From NCBI GenBank assembly GCA_049317265.1, contig JBMOIP010000017.1, forward strand, positions 10,541 to 74,540: 64,000 nt of DNA. The letters are read 5' to 3'. The position numbers and the translations under genes were made by a program. This document shows positions 45,412-54,137 of the stretch, piece by piece. This DNA is from Bacteroidales bacterium. GTDB taxonomy: Bacteria > Bacteroidota > Bacteroidia > Bacteroidales > FEN-979. Under the pieces are notes generated by a model, which did not search any database, was not told the DNA's origin, and saw nothing but the letters and a program-made list of their open reading frames with translations. Within the stretch, counting starts at the first letter, position 1; each line of letters begins with the position of its first letter.

Positions 45412-46734
45412 ATGGAAATCGTAATAAAAATCATCCAGTTACTGCTCAGTTTGTCTATCCTCGTGATTTTTCATGAGTTTGGACATTTCATTGCCGCTCG
45501 CGTATTTAAAATCCGGGTTGAAAAGTTCTACCTCTTTTTTGATCCGTGGTTTTCATTATTCAAATTTAAAAAGGGAGATACGGAGTATGGTATCGGCTGG
45601 GTTCCGCTGGGAGGGTATGTGAAAATTTCCGGCATGATTGATGAATCGATGGACAAGGAGCAGATGAAACTGCCTCCCCAGCCCTGGGAACTCCGTTCCA
45701 AACCGGCATGGCAGCGGCTGATCGTCATGCTGGGCGGTGTTACTGTCAATATTTTGCTGGCAATTGCCATTTATGTGATTATGCTTGCCGTATGGGGAGA
45801 GCAATATCTTCCCACTTCCGAGGTGAAGTACGGAATATCCGTTGATTCGCTAGGAAGCCAGATGGGCCTGCGTAACGGAGATTTTATTGTTTCGGTCGAT
45901 AACAAGGTGGTAGAAGATTTTGCTGCCATTCCGAAAACAATTATACTTGAAGAGGCTAAATCCATCCAGGTTATGCGTGATGGCCAGGAGGTGAACATTG
46001 ATATCCCTGCTGGTTTCATTGGAAGGCTTATCAAACAGAAGTCCCCCGATTTCCTGGCTTTCAGGTTCCCGTTCGAAGCAGCGAAATTTACCGTCGGATC
46101 TCCTGCCGAGGCTGCCGGCATGAAGGTCAATGACAAGATCATTGGCCTCAACGATACACTGAAGGCCTATTTTGACGAATTCAGGGCCTCCCTGCAAAAG
46201 CATAAAAATAAGACGGTAAAAGTGATGGTGCTTCGGGGAAATGACACACTTCGCCTTGCTGTCAATGTCCCGGCAGCCGGATTAATCGGAGTTTATCCCA
46301 AAGGCCCCGCAGCCTATTTTAAATTCAAGGAAAAGAGTTATAATATAGCCACTGCCATACCGGCAGGTGTAGTGAAGACCTTCGACCAGGCCGGCAATTA
46401 TATTAAGTCGATCAAACTTTTATTTTCACAGGACAAGGCTTATGAATCCGTCGGTGGATTCATCACCATTGGCAACATATTCCCATCCACCTGGGATTGG
46501 GGAGCATTCTGGTCGTTAACCGCTTTCCTGTCAATCATGCTGGCCATTCTGAATATCCTGCCGATACCGGCCCTTGATGGCGGACATGTTATGTTTCTGC
46601 TTTATGAGATCATTTTCAGGCGCAAGCCCAGTGACAAGTTCATGGAATATGCCCAGATTGTCGGAATGGTCATCCTGTTCGGTCTGCTGATTTTTGCAAA
46701 CGGTCAGGATATTCTGAAGTTGTTCAGGCATTGA
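45412..46734 (+). CDS. rseP: Site-2 (RIP) zinc metalloprotease RseP
   Basis: 440 aa with HEFGHF in the first TM helix, PDZ region(s), and C-terminal NILPIPALDGGH. Confidence 0.9.
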   Translation: MEIVIKIIQLLLSLSILVIFHEFGHFIAARVFKIRVEKFYLFFDPWFSLFKFKKGDTEYGIGWVPLGGYVKISGMIDESMDKEQMKLPPQPWELRSKPAWQRLIVMLGGVTVNILLAIAIYVIMLAVWGEQYLPTSEVKYGISVDSLGSQMGLRNGDFIVSVDNKVVEDFAAIPKTIILEEAKSIQVMRDGQEVNIDIPAGFIGRLIKQKSPDFLAFRFPFEAAKFTVGSPAEAAGMKVNDKIIGLNDTLKAYFDEFRASLQKHKNKTVKVMVLRGNDTLRLAVNVPAAGLIGVYPKGPAAYFKFKEKSYNIATAIPAGVVKTFDQAGNYIKSIKLLFSQDKAYESVGGFITIGNIFPSTWDWGAFWSLTAFLSIMLAILNILPIPALDGGHVMFLLYEIIFRRKPSDKFMEYAQIVGMVILFGLLIFANGQDILKLFRH

Positions 46735-46741
46735 TGGCAGG

Positions 46742-46789
46742 GTAAACAGGTAAACAGGTAAACTGGTGAACTGGTAAACTGGTAAACTG
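46742..46789. repeat. Tandem octamer array, 6 copies (GTAAACAG x2, GTAAACTG, GTGAACTG, GTAAACTG x2)
   Basis: Counted directly; the period is exactly 8 bp. The array fills essentially the whole gap between the convergent rseP stop (46732-46734) and the yitT-like stop (46792-46794). Confidence 0.95.
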
Positions 46790-46791
46790 GG

Positions 46792-47688
46792 CTACTCGGA
46801 TACTTTTTCCTTGAGGGATTTGAAGCCTTCGCCAAGGATCTCTGTAGCATCTGTTACGGTGAGGAAAGCACTCGGGTCAATTTCATGGATGTACTCCTCC
46901 AGCATGCCCAGTTCTCGTCGGCTGACTACAGTGAATATGATTCGTTTTTCGGCCATGTTGTACATCCCTTTACCATCAATGATCGTTCCGCCACGGTCGA
47001 GATTCGTGAGTATTTTGTTCCGGATCTCTTCATGTTTGTCGGAGATGATGAACAGGCTTTTGTCGTGACTCACCCCTTCAAGTACCACATCGATTACTTT
47101 TCCGGTTATAAAGATCACAATCCAGGAGTAAAGAGGGATTTTCCAGTCACGGAAAACGAGCAGCCCAATGAGTACAATGGCCGAATCGACATAAATCATG
47201 AGGATTCCCAGTGGAAGCCGTGTGTATTTTGCAATGATCATGGCAATGATATCACTGCCACCAGAGGTGGCCTTGGCTTTAAAGATGAGACCGAGCCCCA
47301 GGCCGGCCAGCACTCCGCCAAAAATGGATGATAACAAGGCATCTCCCTTTACCAGCGGTTCAAAACCCCAGAAAAAAGTGAGCACATCTGTAAACAGGGC
47401 GGTAAGTGAAAATCCAACAACGGTTTTCATGCCGAACTTCGGGCCAAGGAATTTTATTCCCACAATGGTGAGCGGTATATCAAAACATAGCGCTACCAGT
47501 CCTACCGGGGTGCCAAGCAGATAGTGCATCACAATGGAAATACCGTAAACCCCGCCGGGTACTATCTTATATGGTGTGATGAATAAAACAAAACTGGTGG
47601 CCAGGATTGCTGCACCGAAGGTAATAAGGGTATAGGATAAAAACCACTTGCGTGTAAAGGGTTTTTCCTTGATAAGAAATAAAGACAT
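46792..47688 (-). CDS. YitT family membrane protein (DUF2179 C-terminal domain)
   Basis: The start is at the ATG at 47688 (MSLFLIKEKPFTRKW). A TATCTTTG box at 47724-47731 lies inside the longer ORF. The protein has five or more TM helices followed by a soluble C-terminal domain. Confidence 0.8.
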   Translation of the reverse strand: MSLFLIKEKPFTRKWFLSYTLITFGAAILATSFVLFITPYKIVPGGVYGISIVMHYLLGTPVGLVALCFDIPLTIVGIKFLGPKFGMKTVVGFSLTALFTDVLTFFWGFEPLVKGDALLSSIFGGVLAGLGLGLIFKAKATSGGSDIIAMIIAKYTRLPLGILMIYVDSAIVLIGLLVFRDWKIPLYSWIVIFITGKVIDVVLEGVSHDKSLFIISDKHEEIRNKILTNLDRGGTIIDGKGMYNMAEKRIIFTVVSRRELGMLEEYIHEIDPSAFLTVTDATEILGEGFKSLKEKVSE

Positions 47689-47723
47689 GGCGGTTTGTAT
47701 TAGGTTATGAAGTTTCGAGGGTG

Positions 47724-47731
47724 CAAAGATA
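47724..47731 (-). promoter_or_regulatory. -7 promoter box (TATCTTTG on minus strand) for the YitT-family gene
   Basis: CAAAGATA on the plus strand is an exact TAnnTTTG match on the minus strand, 36 nt upstream of the ATG at 47688. Confidence 0.5.
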
Positions 47732-47864
47732 TTCGATTGTAACACAATGTAAGCAAGGTTTATGCGTTACTGGTAGTAACATTTCATCAACACTTATAAC
47801 AGGTTGAACGGATAGATCAATTCAACGATACACATAATTTGACACAGTTTAAATTGGCTTGGTG

Positions 47865-48911
47865 ATGGCGGTAGTAACAAAAAAAACTGTACTTTTATCC
47901 CGTTTTTCAGTTGAACCTAACAATCAGTTATTGACATTGCGTACATTTTTGTATCCTAATAAGCTTATAATAAGATTTTTATGCCTCCTTTTTGTACTAG
48001 TGGTACAATCGGGAGTTTCTGTGTATTCCCAGCAACCTACCCTCATCACCCACTACATGTTCACCAACATGGCAACAAATCCTGCGTTTGCCGGCGGTAG
48101 CGGTGGAATAAATCTTACGGGACTGGTTCGCCAGCAGTGGATCGGGTGGAAAGACGGAGACGGGGTTAAGTCTGCCCCTCAAACTTTCATGCTGACTGTT
48201 GACTCTCCTGTGCGAAAACTGCATGGAGGCCTGGGAGGATCAATTTCCCAGGACCAGATCGGCGCCTTCAAGAACATTGTGATGAAGCTGGGCTATGCCT
48301 ATAAAATGGAACTCTGGTCGGGAGACATATCGTTTGGAATACAGGGATGTTTGTCGAACATCAGCTATGATGGTTCAAAATTTAATCCCATTGAGGACAA
48401 TGACCCTGTGCTGAGCCAGCAGGATGGTAAGAAGAGTGATATGCTGATCGACATGGGCCTGGGAGTGTTTTACAAAGTTCCGGACAGATATTATGTTGGG
48501 TTATCTGCGGAAAATGTGTTGCAGACAAAGGGCAAAAAGACTTCCTACCAGTTGCGCCGGACCTATTATTTAAATGGTGGTTACCAGTGGACTTTGCCAA
48601 ACCATCCTGCTTTTGAGTTGCGCCCGTCTGCCCAGTTCATGTATGATGGGGCTGTATTTCAACTCAATGCAAGCGCATTGGTTATGTACAATAATAAAAT
48701 ATACGGAGGACTCGGCTATCGCCTGCAGGATGCAGTATCAGTACTCGCCGGTGTAGTGATTAAAGGACTTCAGATTGGGGTGGCATATGACATAAGTACC
48801 TCTGCATTAAGAAAGTACAATAGTGGAGGACTTGAGATCATGGTAAATTATTGCTTTAAAATTGACACTGATAAATTCAGGAAAAGTTACAGGAATACAC
48901 GTTTCTTATAA
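47865..48911 (+). CDS. porP: T9SS membrane protein, PorP/SprF family
   Basis: YSQQPTLITHYMFTNMATNPAFAG and GLVRQQWIG are typical PorP/SprF N-terminal motifs, and the gene sits directly upstream of gldK. The start is uncertain: the ATG at 47865 leaves about 35 aa before the signal peptide, and in-frame TTG codons near 47930 are alternatives. Confidence 0.7.
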   Translation: MAVVTKKTVLLSRFSVEPNNQLLTLRTFLYPNKLIIRFLCLLFVLVVQSGVSVYSQQPTLITHYMFTNMATNPAFAGGSGGINLTGLVRQQWIGWKDGDGVKSAPQTFMLTVDSPVRKLHGGLGGSISQDQIGAFKNIVMKLGYAYKMELWSGDISFGIQGCLSNISYDGSKFNPIEDNDPVLSQQDGKKSDMLIDMGLGVFYKVPDRYYVGLSAENVLQTKGKKTSYQLRRTYYLNGGYQWTLPNHPAFELRPSAQFMYDGAVFQLNASALVMYNNKIYGGLGYRLQDAVSVLAGVVIKGLQIGVAYDISTSALRKYNSGGLEIMVNYCFKIDTDKFRKSYRNTRFL

Positions 48912-48922
48912 AATAAAAAGAG

Positions 48923-48930
48923 TAAATTTG
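48923..48930 (+). promoter_or_regulatory. -7 promoter box (TAAATTTG) upstream of gldK
   Basis: Exact TAnnTTTG match 82 nt upstream of the gldK ATG. Confidence 0.45.
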
Positions 48931-49012
48931 CCGTTTTGTATTGAAAAAGTGAACATTATCATAATAAAGCTCAATACGTAGCGTTATTTTTCATCTAATA
49001 ATCAGCCAGAAA

Positions 49013-50380
49013 ATGAAAAAACTGCTCATTTATTTCGCCCTGCTCATCTTTTTAGGAAGCTGCGGAAACTCAGGAAATGGTGAGCTTACGGGAGTAAAAA
49101 ACCGGAAGCGATATTATTCACCGGATCCATTTGGCATGGTTTACGTTCCCATGGGATCCTATACCATGGGTGTCAGTGATGAGGATATGCCCTATGCCCA
49201 GCTGAATAACCCTAAAACGGTGACTGTCTCTGCCTTTTATATGGACCAGACCGAAATCACCAACAATGAATACAGGCAGTTTGTCTATTGGGTCAGGGAT
49301 TCAATCGCCCGCCGGATTCTCGGAGAGGCAAAGCCTGAACTCTATCTTATTTCTGAAAACAAGAAAACCGGTGAAACCTTTGATCCGCCATACCTGAACT
49401 GGGAAAGCAAACTGGAATGGAATTCCGACCAGCAGGATGTCCGTGATGCATTGGCACAAATGTATCTTCCTGAAAATGAGCGCTATTTCAGAAGAAAAGA
49501 GATTGACACCCGGAAACTTTATTTCGAGTACTATTTTGTCGACCTGAAAGCTGCTTCTCGCAAAGATTATTCTGCCCAACCTGATCCCAAAGAGGCCAGT
49601 CTTGCCAATCGCCCCCAGGGCTTGAAAGACCGTTCAGTTTACGTACGCAAGGAGGTCATCAATGTTTATCCTGATACCCTTTGCTGGATCCATGATTATG
49701 CTTACTCTTTCAATGATCCGAGTACTGAAAAATATTTCTGGCATCCTGCTTATGACAATTATCCCGTTGTAGGAGTAAACTGGAGGCAAGCCAATGCTTT
49801 CTGTATCTGGCGCACACAGTTTAAGAACAGTTCACTCAACGGGAAGAAAGGTGAAACCTTTATCAGCGATTTCAGGTTACCGACAGAAGGTGAATGGGAA
49901 TGGGCTGCACGCGGAGGCTACGAAGCGAACCCTTATCCGTGGGGAGGTCCGTACACCCGGAATGATAAAGGATGTTTCCTTGCCAATTTCAAACCGATGC
50001 GTGGTGATTACATTGCCGATGGAGGTGCAACCACCGTTATTGTAGCACATTATCCTGCCAATGATTATGGATTGTATGATATGGCAGGCAATGTTGCTGA
50101 ATGGACAGTTACCGCATTTCACCCTTCATCTTATAATTTCTCCTGGGATTTGAATCCTGATTATAAATACAATGCAAAAGATACAGATCCACCTGCATTG
50201 AAAAGAAAGGTTACCCGTGGCGGCTCATGGAAGGATGTTGCTTATTTTCTGCGCGTTTCAACCCGTGCCTACGAATACCAGGATACCTCCAAATGTTACA
50301 TCGGTTTCCGCTGCGTGCAAAATTTCCTCGGTCGTCAGCGTGATGATAACCCTGCAAGGGCCTCCAAAGTTTACCGCTAA
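49013..50380 (+). CDS. gldK: T9SS/gliding lipoprotein GldK (PorK)
   Basis: 455 aa with lipoprotein signal LIFLGSCG and an FGE/SUMF1-like domain (FRLPTEGEWEWAARGG, VTRGGSW). Confidence 0.9.
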   Translation: MKKLLIYFALLIFLGSCGNSGNGELTGVKNRKRYYSPDPFGMVYVPMGSYTMGVSDEDMPYAQLNNPKTVTVSAFYMDQTEITNNEYRQFVYWVRDSIARRILGEAKPELYLISENKKTGETFDPPYLNWESKLEWNSDQQDVRDALAQMYLPENERYFRRKEIDTRKLYFEYYFVDLKAASRKDYSAQPDPKEASLANRPQGLKDRSVYVRKEVINVYPDTLCWIHDYAYSFNDPSTEKYFWHPAYDNYPVVGVNWRQANAFCIWRTQFKNSSLNGKKGETFISDFRLPTEGEWEWAARGGYEANPYPWGGPYTRNDKGCFLANFKPMRGDYIADGGATTVIVAHYPANDYGLYDMAGNVAEWTVTAFHPSSYNFSWDLNPDYKYNAKDTDPPALKRKVTRGGSWKDVAYFLRVSTRAYEYQDTSKCYIGFRCVQNFLGRQRDDNPARASKVYR

Positions 50381-50426
50381 AATTTAAGAACCTATCTACT
50401 TCATTAATACTTAATTATTTAAAACT

Positions 50427-51464
50427 ATGGCTTTACTCGATCTTGTAAAAACAAAGGGCTATAAGAATTTCATGTCCAAACTGTATGGCTGGGGTGCCGC
50501 CGTCGTAATTATTGGTGCATTGTTTAAAATAAACCACTATACCGGCGCTGACACGATGTTGATTATCGGGTTGGGTACTGAATCACTGATCTTCTTTTTC
50601 TCTGCTTTTGAACCACCCCACGTAGAACCCGATTGGAGCCTGGTTTATCCTCAGCTGGCTGGTATTTATCACGCCGATGATGTCGATGCCGGCAAGGCAT
50701 TCGGAACAACAAAAGACTCAGTTACACAGGATCTGGATAAAATGCTTGAGAAAGCAAAAATCGGCCCCGAACTTATTGCAAGCCTCGGCACCGGTCTTAC
50801 CAACCTCTCTGAAACCACCTCAAAATTGTCGAATGTTGCCGATGCATCCCTGGCAAATGACAAATATGTGACCACCATGAAAACGGCCACAGAATCCGTA
50901 AATGTATTAACGGAATCCTATAAGAAAACGGCTCAGTCGCTTGATAACAATGTTAGTGCCTCACAAGAGCAGCTGACCCATATCAAATCTACGGCCAAGA
51001 GCGCTGCAACTCTCTCCACCATGTTTGCCGAGGTGAGCGAATCTCTTAAGGAAGATGTGAATGCCAGCAAATCATTTTCTGCAAGCATCGTAAATGCTGC
51101 AGCATCTGCCAATAAATTCATTGAAAAATACAATGAATCAGCGACCCTGTTATCAAAAACTGCTGAAACAATCAATGCTTCTGCCACAGGCGGTGCCGCT
51201 TACAATAAGGAACTACAAAGGGTATCAACAAATCTGGCAGCACTGAATGCTCTGTATGAACTTCATCTTCAGGGTTCAAACCAGCAGATGGAAAATACCA
51301 ACAAGTTCAGCGCAGTGATGAACAAGTTCTCTGTTAACCTGAGTGAATCAATGGCCAATACTGAAAAGTTCAAGGCTGAGATGGATAACCTGACCAAAAA
51401 TATTGCCGCCCTGAACAAAGTATATGGAAATATGCTCTCGGCAATGAGCATAGGCGGAAAATAA
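50427..51464 (+). CDS. gldL: T9SS/gliding motor protein GldL (PorL)
   Basis: 345 aa with two N-terminal TM helices (YGWGAAVVIIGALFKI, MLIIGLGTESLIFFFSAFEPP) and a long helical cytoplasmic tail. Confidence 0.85.
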   Translation: MALLDLVKTKGYKNFMSKLYGWGAAVVIIGALFKINHYTGADTMLIIGLGTESLIFFFSAFEPPHVEPDWSLVYPQLAGIYHADDVDAGKAFGTTKDSVTQDLDKMLEKAKIGPELIASLGTGLTNLSETTSKLSNVADASLANDKYVTTMKTATESVNVLTESYKKTAQSLDNNVSASQEQLTHIKSTAKSAATLSTMFAEVSESLKEDVNASKSFSASIVNAAASANKFIEKYNESATLLSKTAETINASATGGAAYNKELQRVSTNLAALNALYELHLQGSNQQMENTNKFSAVMNKFSVNLSESMANTEKFKAEMDNLTKNIAALNKVYGNMLSAMSIGGK

Positions 51465-51500
51465 ATTAGGATTCACTTGTATAACGTAATATATAACTAG

Positions 51501-53111
51501 ATGGCTGGATATAAAGAGACACCGAGGCAAAAGATGATCGGGATGATGTATCTCGTTCTTACTGCATTGCTCGCATTGAACGTCTCGAAACAGATCATTG
51601 ACGCGTTCATTCTCGTAAATGAGAGTATGGAGACGACCAATGAGAACTTCTCTAAAAAGCTCGATAACACCTATTCGAAATTCAAAATCCAATACCAGTT
51701 AAACCCGAATAAAGTTGGTCCTTTCTGGGATAAAGCACAGCAGGCTCATGCCTTGTCAGACAAACTGTCAAAGTATGTCGACAGCATCAAGTTTCTTGTG
51801 ATTCAACGTACCGACGGACTGGCAACAATTGAAGAAGCCAGGAAACTGAATCTGCGTGACGCCAAACGGAAGGAGAGTTATAATGAGCCGACCAGGTTCT
51901 TTATAGGCAGTTCCCCGGATGGTTCAGCCGGTGAGGCTAAAGTCCTTCGGGATAAAATTGAACTCTTTAAAAAGCAGATGCTCGAGTTGGTTGATCCCAA
52001 ATTCAGAAATTCCATCAAAATGGGAATGGACACCCAGGGGCCCTTCTATGATGCCGATGGAAAGAAACAGAATTGGGAAATGCATAATTTCTATCGTACT
52101 ATCCTGGCTGCAACAGTGACCATTCTCAATAAAACAAAAGCAGAGGTTTACAATGCCGAGTTTGATGTTGTTAACCAGTTGTACAGTTCAATTGATGCGC
52201 TTAACTTTAAGTTCGACAGGATACAGGCAAAGGTTATCCCACGAAGCAGCTATGTGTTTCTGGGCGATGAATACCAGGCTGAAATCCTGGTCGGAGCTTA
52301 CGATACAAAACAGAACCCTGATGTGCGTTATTCGCTGGGAGCCGATACCCTGACCCCGGGAAATTTTAAAAATGCCACTTCACTTGAAGGGTCACAGGGA
52401 TTGGTTGTTCTTAAACTCCCCGGATCCGCCGAAGGACTCAAAAAATTTGCCGGTATCATTAAGGTGGTCAGTCCGCTGGGAGATACCATGGTTTTCCATT
52501 TTAAAGACGAGTTCATCGTTGCCAGGCCAGCCATTACAATTTCACCAAGTAAGATGAATGTCTTCTATATTGGTGTTGACAACCCGGTAGAGATCAGTGT
52601 CCCCGGTGGACCTGAACGTATCATTCCTTCTATTTCTGTCGGCAGCATTCGCCAGGAGGGCAAGGAGTGGGTCGTCTCAAACCTGACCACCGGAAATGTC
52701 CGCGAGGCTGTCATCAGTGTGAATGCTGTATTCTCAGGGAAAACCAAAAATATGGGATCCTACAAATTCCGCCTGAAAACCGTCCCCGATCCGCTGATCA
52801 AAATTGCAGGTAAAAATGAAGGGTTTATTTCGAAAAGCTTACTGATGGCCAGTCCGTTTCTCGTTCCTGAAATGCCTGCCGGATTTGACTTCGATTTGAA
52901 ATATACGGTTACTTCCTTTACCTTTTCAACATCAACAGCTGCCGGTGAAGGTAGTGATACAAAAGTGCAGGGCAACCGTTTGACAGATGAGATCGTCAGG
53001 CAGATCAAAAATGCCCGCAAAGGCCAACGAATCTGGTTTGATGACATTTATGCCAAAGGACCGGATGGAACACGAAAAGTAAATACCAGTCTTAGTTTGA
53101 AATTGAATTGA
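51501..53111 (+). CDS. gldM: T9SS/gliding protein GldM (PorM)
   Basis: 536 aa. N-terminal PRQKMIGMMYLVLTALLALNVS forms a single TM helix, followed by a large periplasmic region. Confidence 0.85.
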   Translation: MAGYKETPRQKMIGMMYLVLTALLALNVSKQIIDAFILVNESMETTNENFSKKLDNTYSKFKIQYQLNPNKVGPFWDKAQQAHALSDKLSKYVDSIKFLVIQRTDGLATIEEARKLNLRDAKRKESYNEPTRFFIGSSPDGSAGEAKVLRDKIELFKKQMLELVDPKFRNSIKMGMDTQGPFYDADGKKQNWEMHNFYRTILAATVTILNKTKAEVYNAEFDVVNQLYSSIDALNFKFDRIQAKVIPRSSYVFLGDEYQAEILVGAYDTKQNPDVRYSLGADTLTPGNFKNATSLEGSQGLVVLKLPGSAEGLKKFAGIIKVVSPLGDTMVFHFKDEFIVARPAITISPSKMNVFYIGVDNPVEISVPGGPERIIPSISVGSIRQEGKEWVVSNLTTGNVREAVISVNAVFSGKTKNMGSYKFRLKTVPDPLIKIAGKNEGFISKSLLMASPFLVPEMPAGFDFDLKYTVTSFTFSTSTAAGEGSDTKVQGNRLTDEIVRQIKNARKGQRIWFDDIYAKGPDGTRKVNTSLSLKLN

Positions 53112-53132
53112 TATTATTCATAAGGAGGTAGT

Positions 53133-53990
53133 ATGAAAAAAGCGCTTTTCCTGGTATTGTTCTCCGTATGTTTATGGGGGATAAGCCTAAAATCCTATTC
53201 ACAGGTCCTTGAAGGTCCTCCAAGAGATGGTGTTTATGATAAAACCGCCATCACTCAGGTGCAGCCGATCCCATACCCATACCTCCGCGAGGCTGATGTT
53301 GTATGGACAAGGCGGATCTGGCGGATTCTTGACCTGCGCGAAAAAATGAACCAGCCTTTCTATTTTCCGGAAAAACCGCAGAATAGCTGGCGCAGTCTTG
53401 TCCAGATCATCATGGACGGATTAAAAGAGGGCACTGTTACCGCGTACGCCGGTGAGTCTGATCAATTTCTTGTTCCACTTACTTATAAAGAACTCCTGGA
53501 TAAACTGGAATCTTCTGACTCGGTTAAACTTCCACGTCCGGATAACCCCGACATTTTCTTCGATACGGTGATCAAAGTTGAATTCGACCCGTCGAACGTG
53601 AAAAAACTGAAGATCAAGGAGGATTTCTATCTCGACAGGCAACGGTCACAGGTTGAAGTGAGGATTTTGGGAATATGCCCTGTTGTTGATGTAATGGATA
53701 AAAATACCGGAGAAAAACGTTTTGAAAAGAACCTGTTCTGGATCTACTTTCCTGAATGCCGGAATCTCTTTGCCAAGAATGAAATGTTTAACCTGAAAAA
53801 CGGTTCAGCAGGTCGGATGACCTATGACGATGTGTTTATGAAACGTATGTTCTCCAGTTACATTTACAAAGAGGAAAATGTTTATGACAGGCAGATAAAT
53901 GACTACTCAACAGGAGTTGATGCCCTTCTGGAATCAGAAAAGGCTAAAAACGACCTGTACGAATTTGAATCCAATCTTTGGGAATATTAA
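53133..53990 (+). CDS. gldN: T9SS/gliding protein GldN (PorN)
   Basis: 285 aa with a signal peptide. It is the last gene of the porP-gldKLMN order. The motif READVVWTRRIWRILDLREKMN is typical of GldN. Confidence 0.8.
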   Translation: MKKALFLVLFSVCLWGISLKSYSQVLEGPPRDGVYDKTAITQVQPIPYPYLREADVVWTRRIWRILDLREKMNQPFYFPEKPQNSWRSLVQIIMDGLKEGTVTAYAGESDQFLVPLTYKELLDKLESSDSVKLPRPDNPDIFFDTVIKVEFDPSNVKKLKIKEDFYLDRQRSQVEVRILGICPVVDVMDKNTGEKRFEKNLFWIYFPECRNLFAKNEMFNLKNGSAGRMTYDDVFMKRMFSSYIYKEENVYDRQINDYSTGVDALLESEKAKNDLYEFESNLWEY

Positions 53991-54027
53991 CCAGGACAAG
54001 GCTCCTGCCATCGGTTAAGGTTATTTT

Positions 54028-54060
54028 CAGAGGCTGTCTCCTTTTTCGAGACGGCCTCTG
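54028..54060 (+). terminator. Hairpin after gldN (CAGAGGCTGTCTC-N7-GAGACGGCCTCTG)
   Basis: A 13-bp stem with one G:T wobble and loop CTTTTTC. It is followed by TTAT, so the U-tract is weak. Confidence 0.45.
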
Positions 54061-54105
54061 TTATGAATTAGAAGGAATTTGTCTCTCTTTTCCCGGCCAA
54101 TTGGT

Positions 54106-54113
54106 TAATTTTG
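54106..54113 (+). promoter_or_regulatory. -7 promoter box (TAATTTTG) for recG
   Basis: Exact TAnnTTTG match 24 nt upstream of the ATG at 54138. Confidence 0.5.
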
Positions 54114-54137
54114 TGTTGACAGGAAGCATAACCGCTT

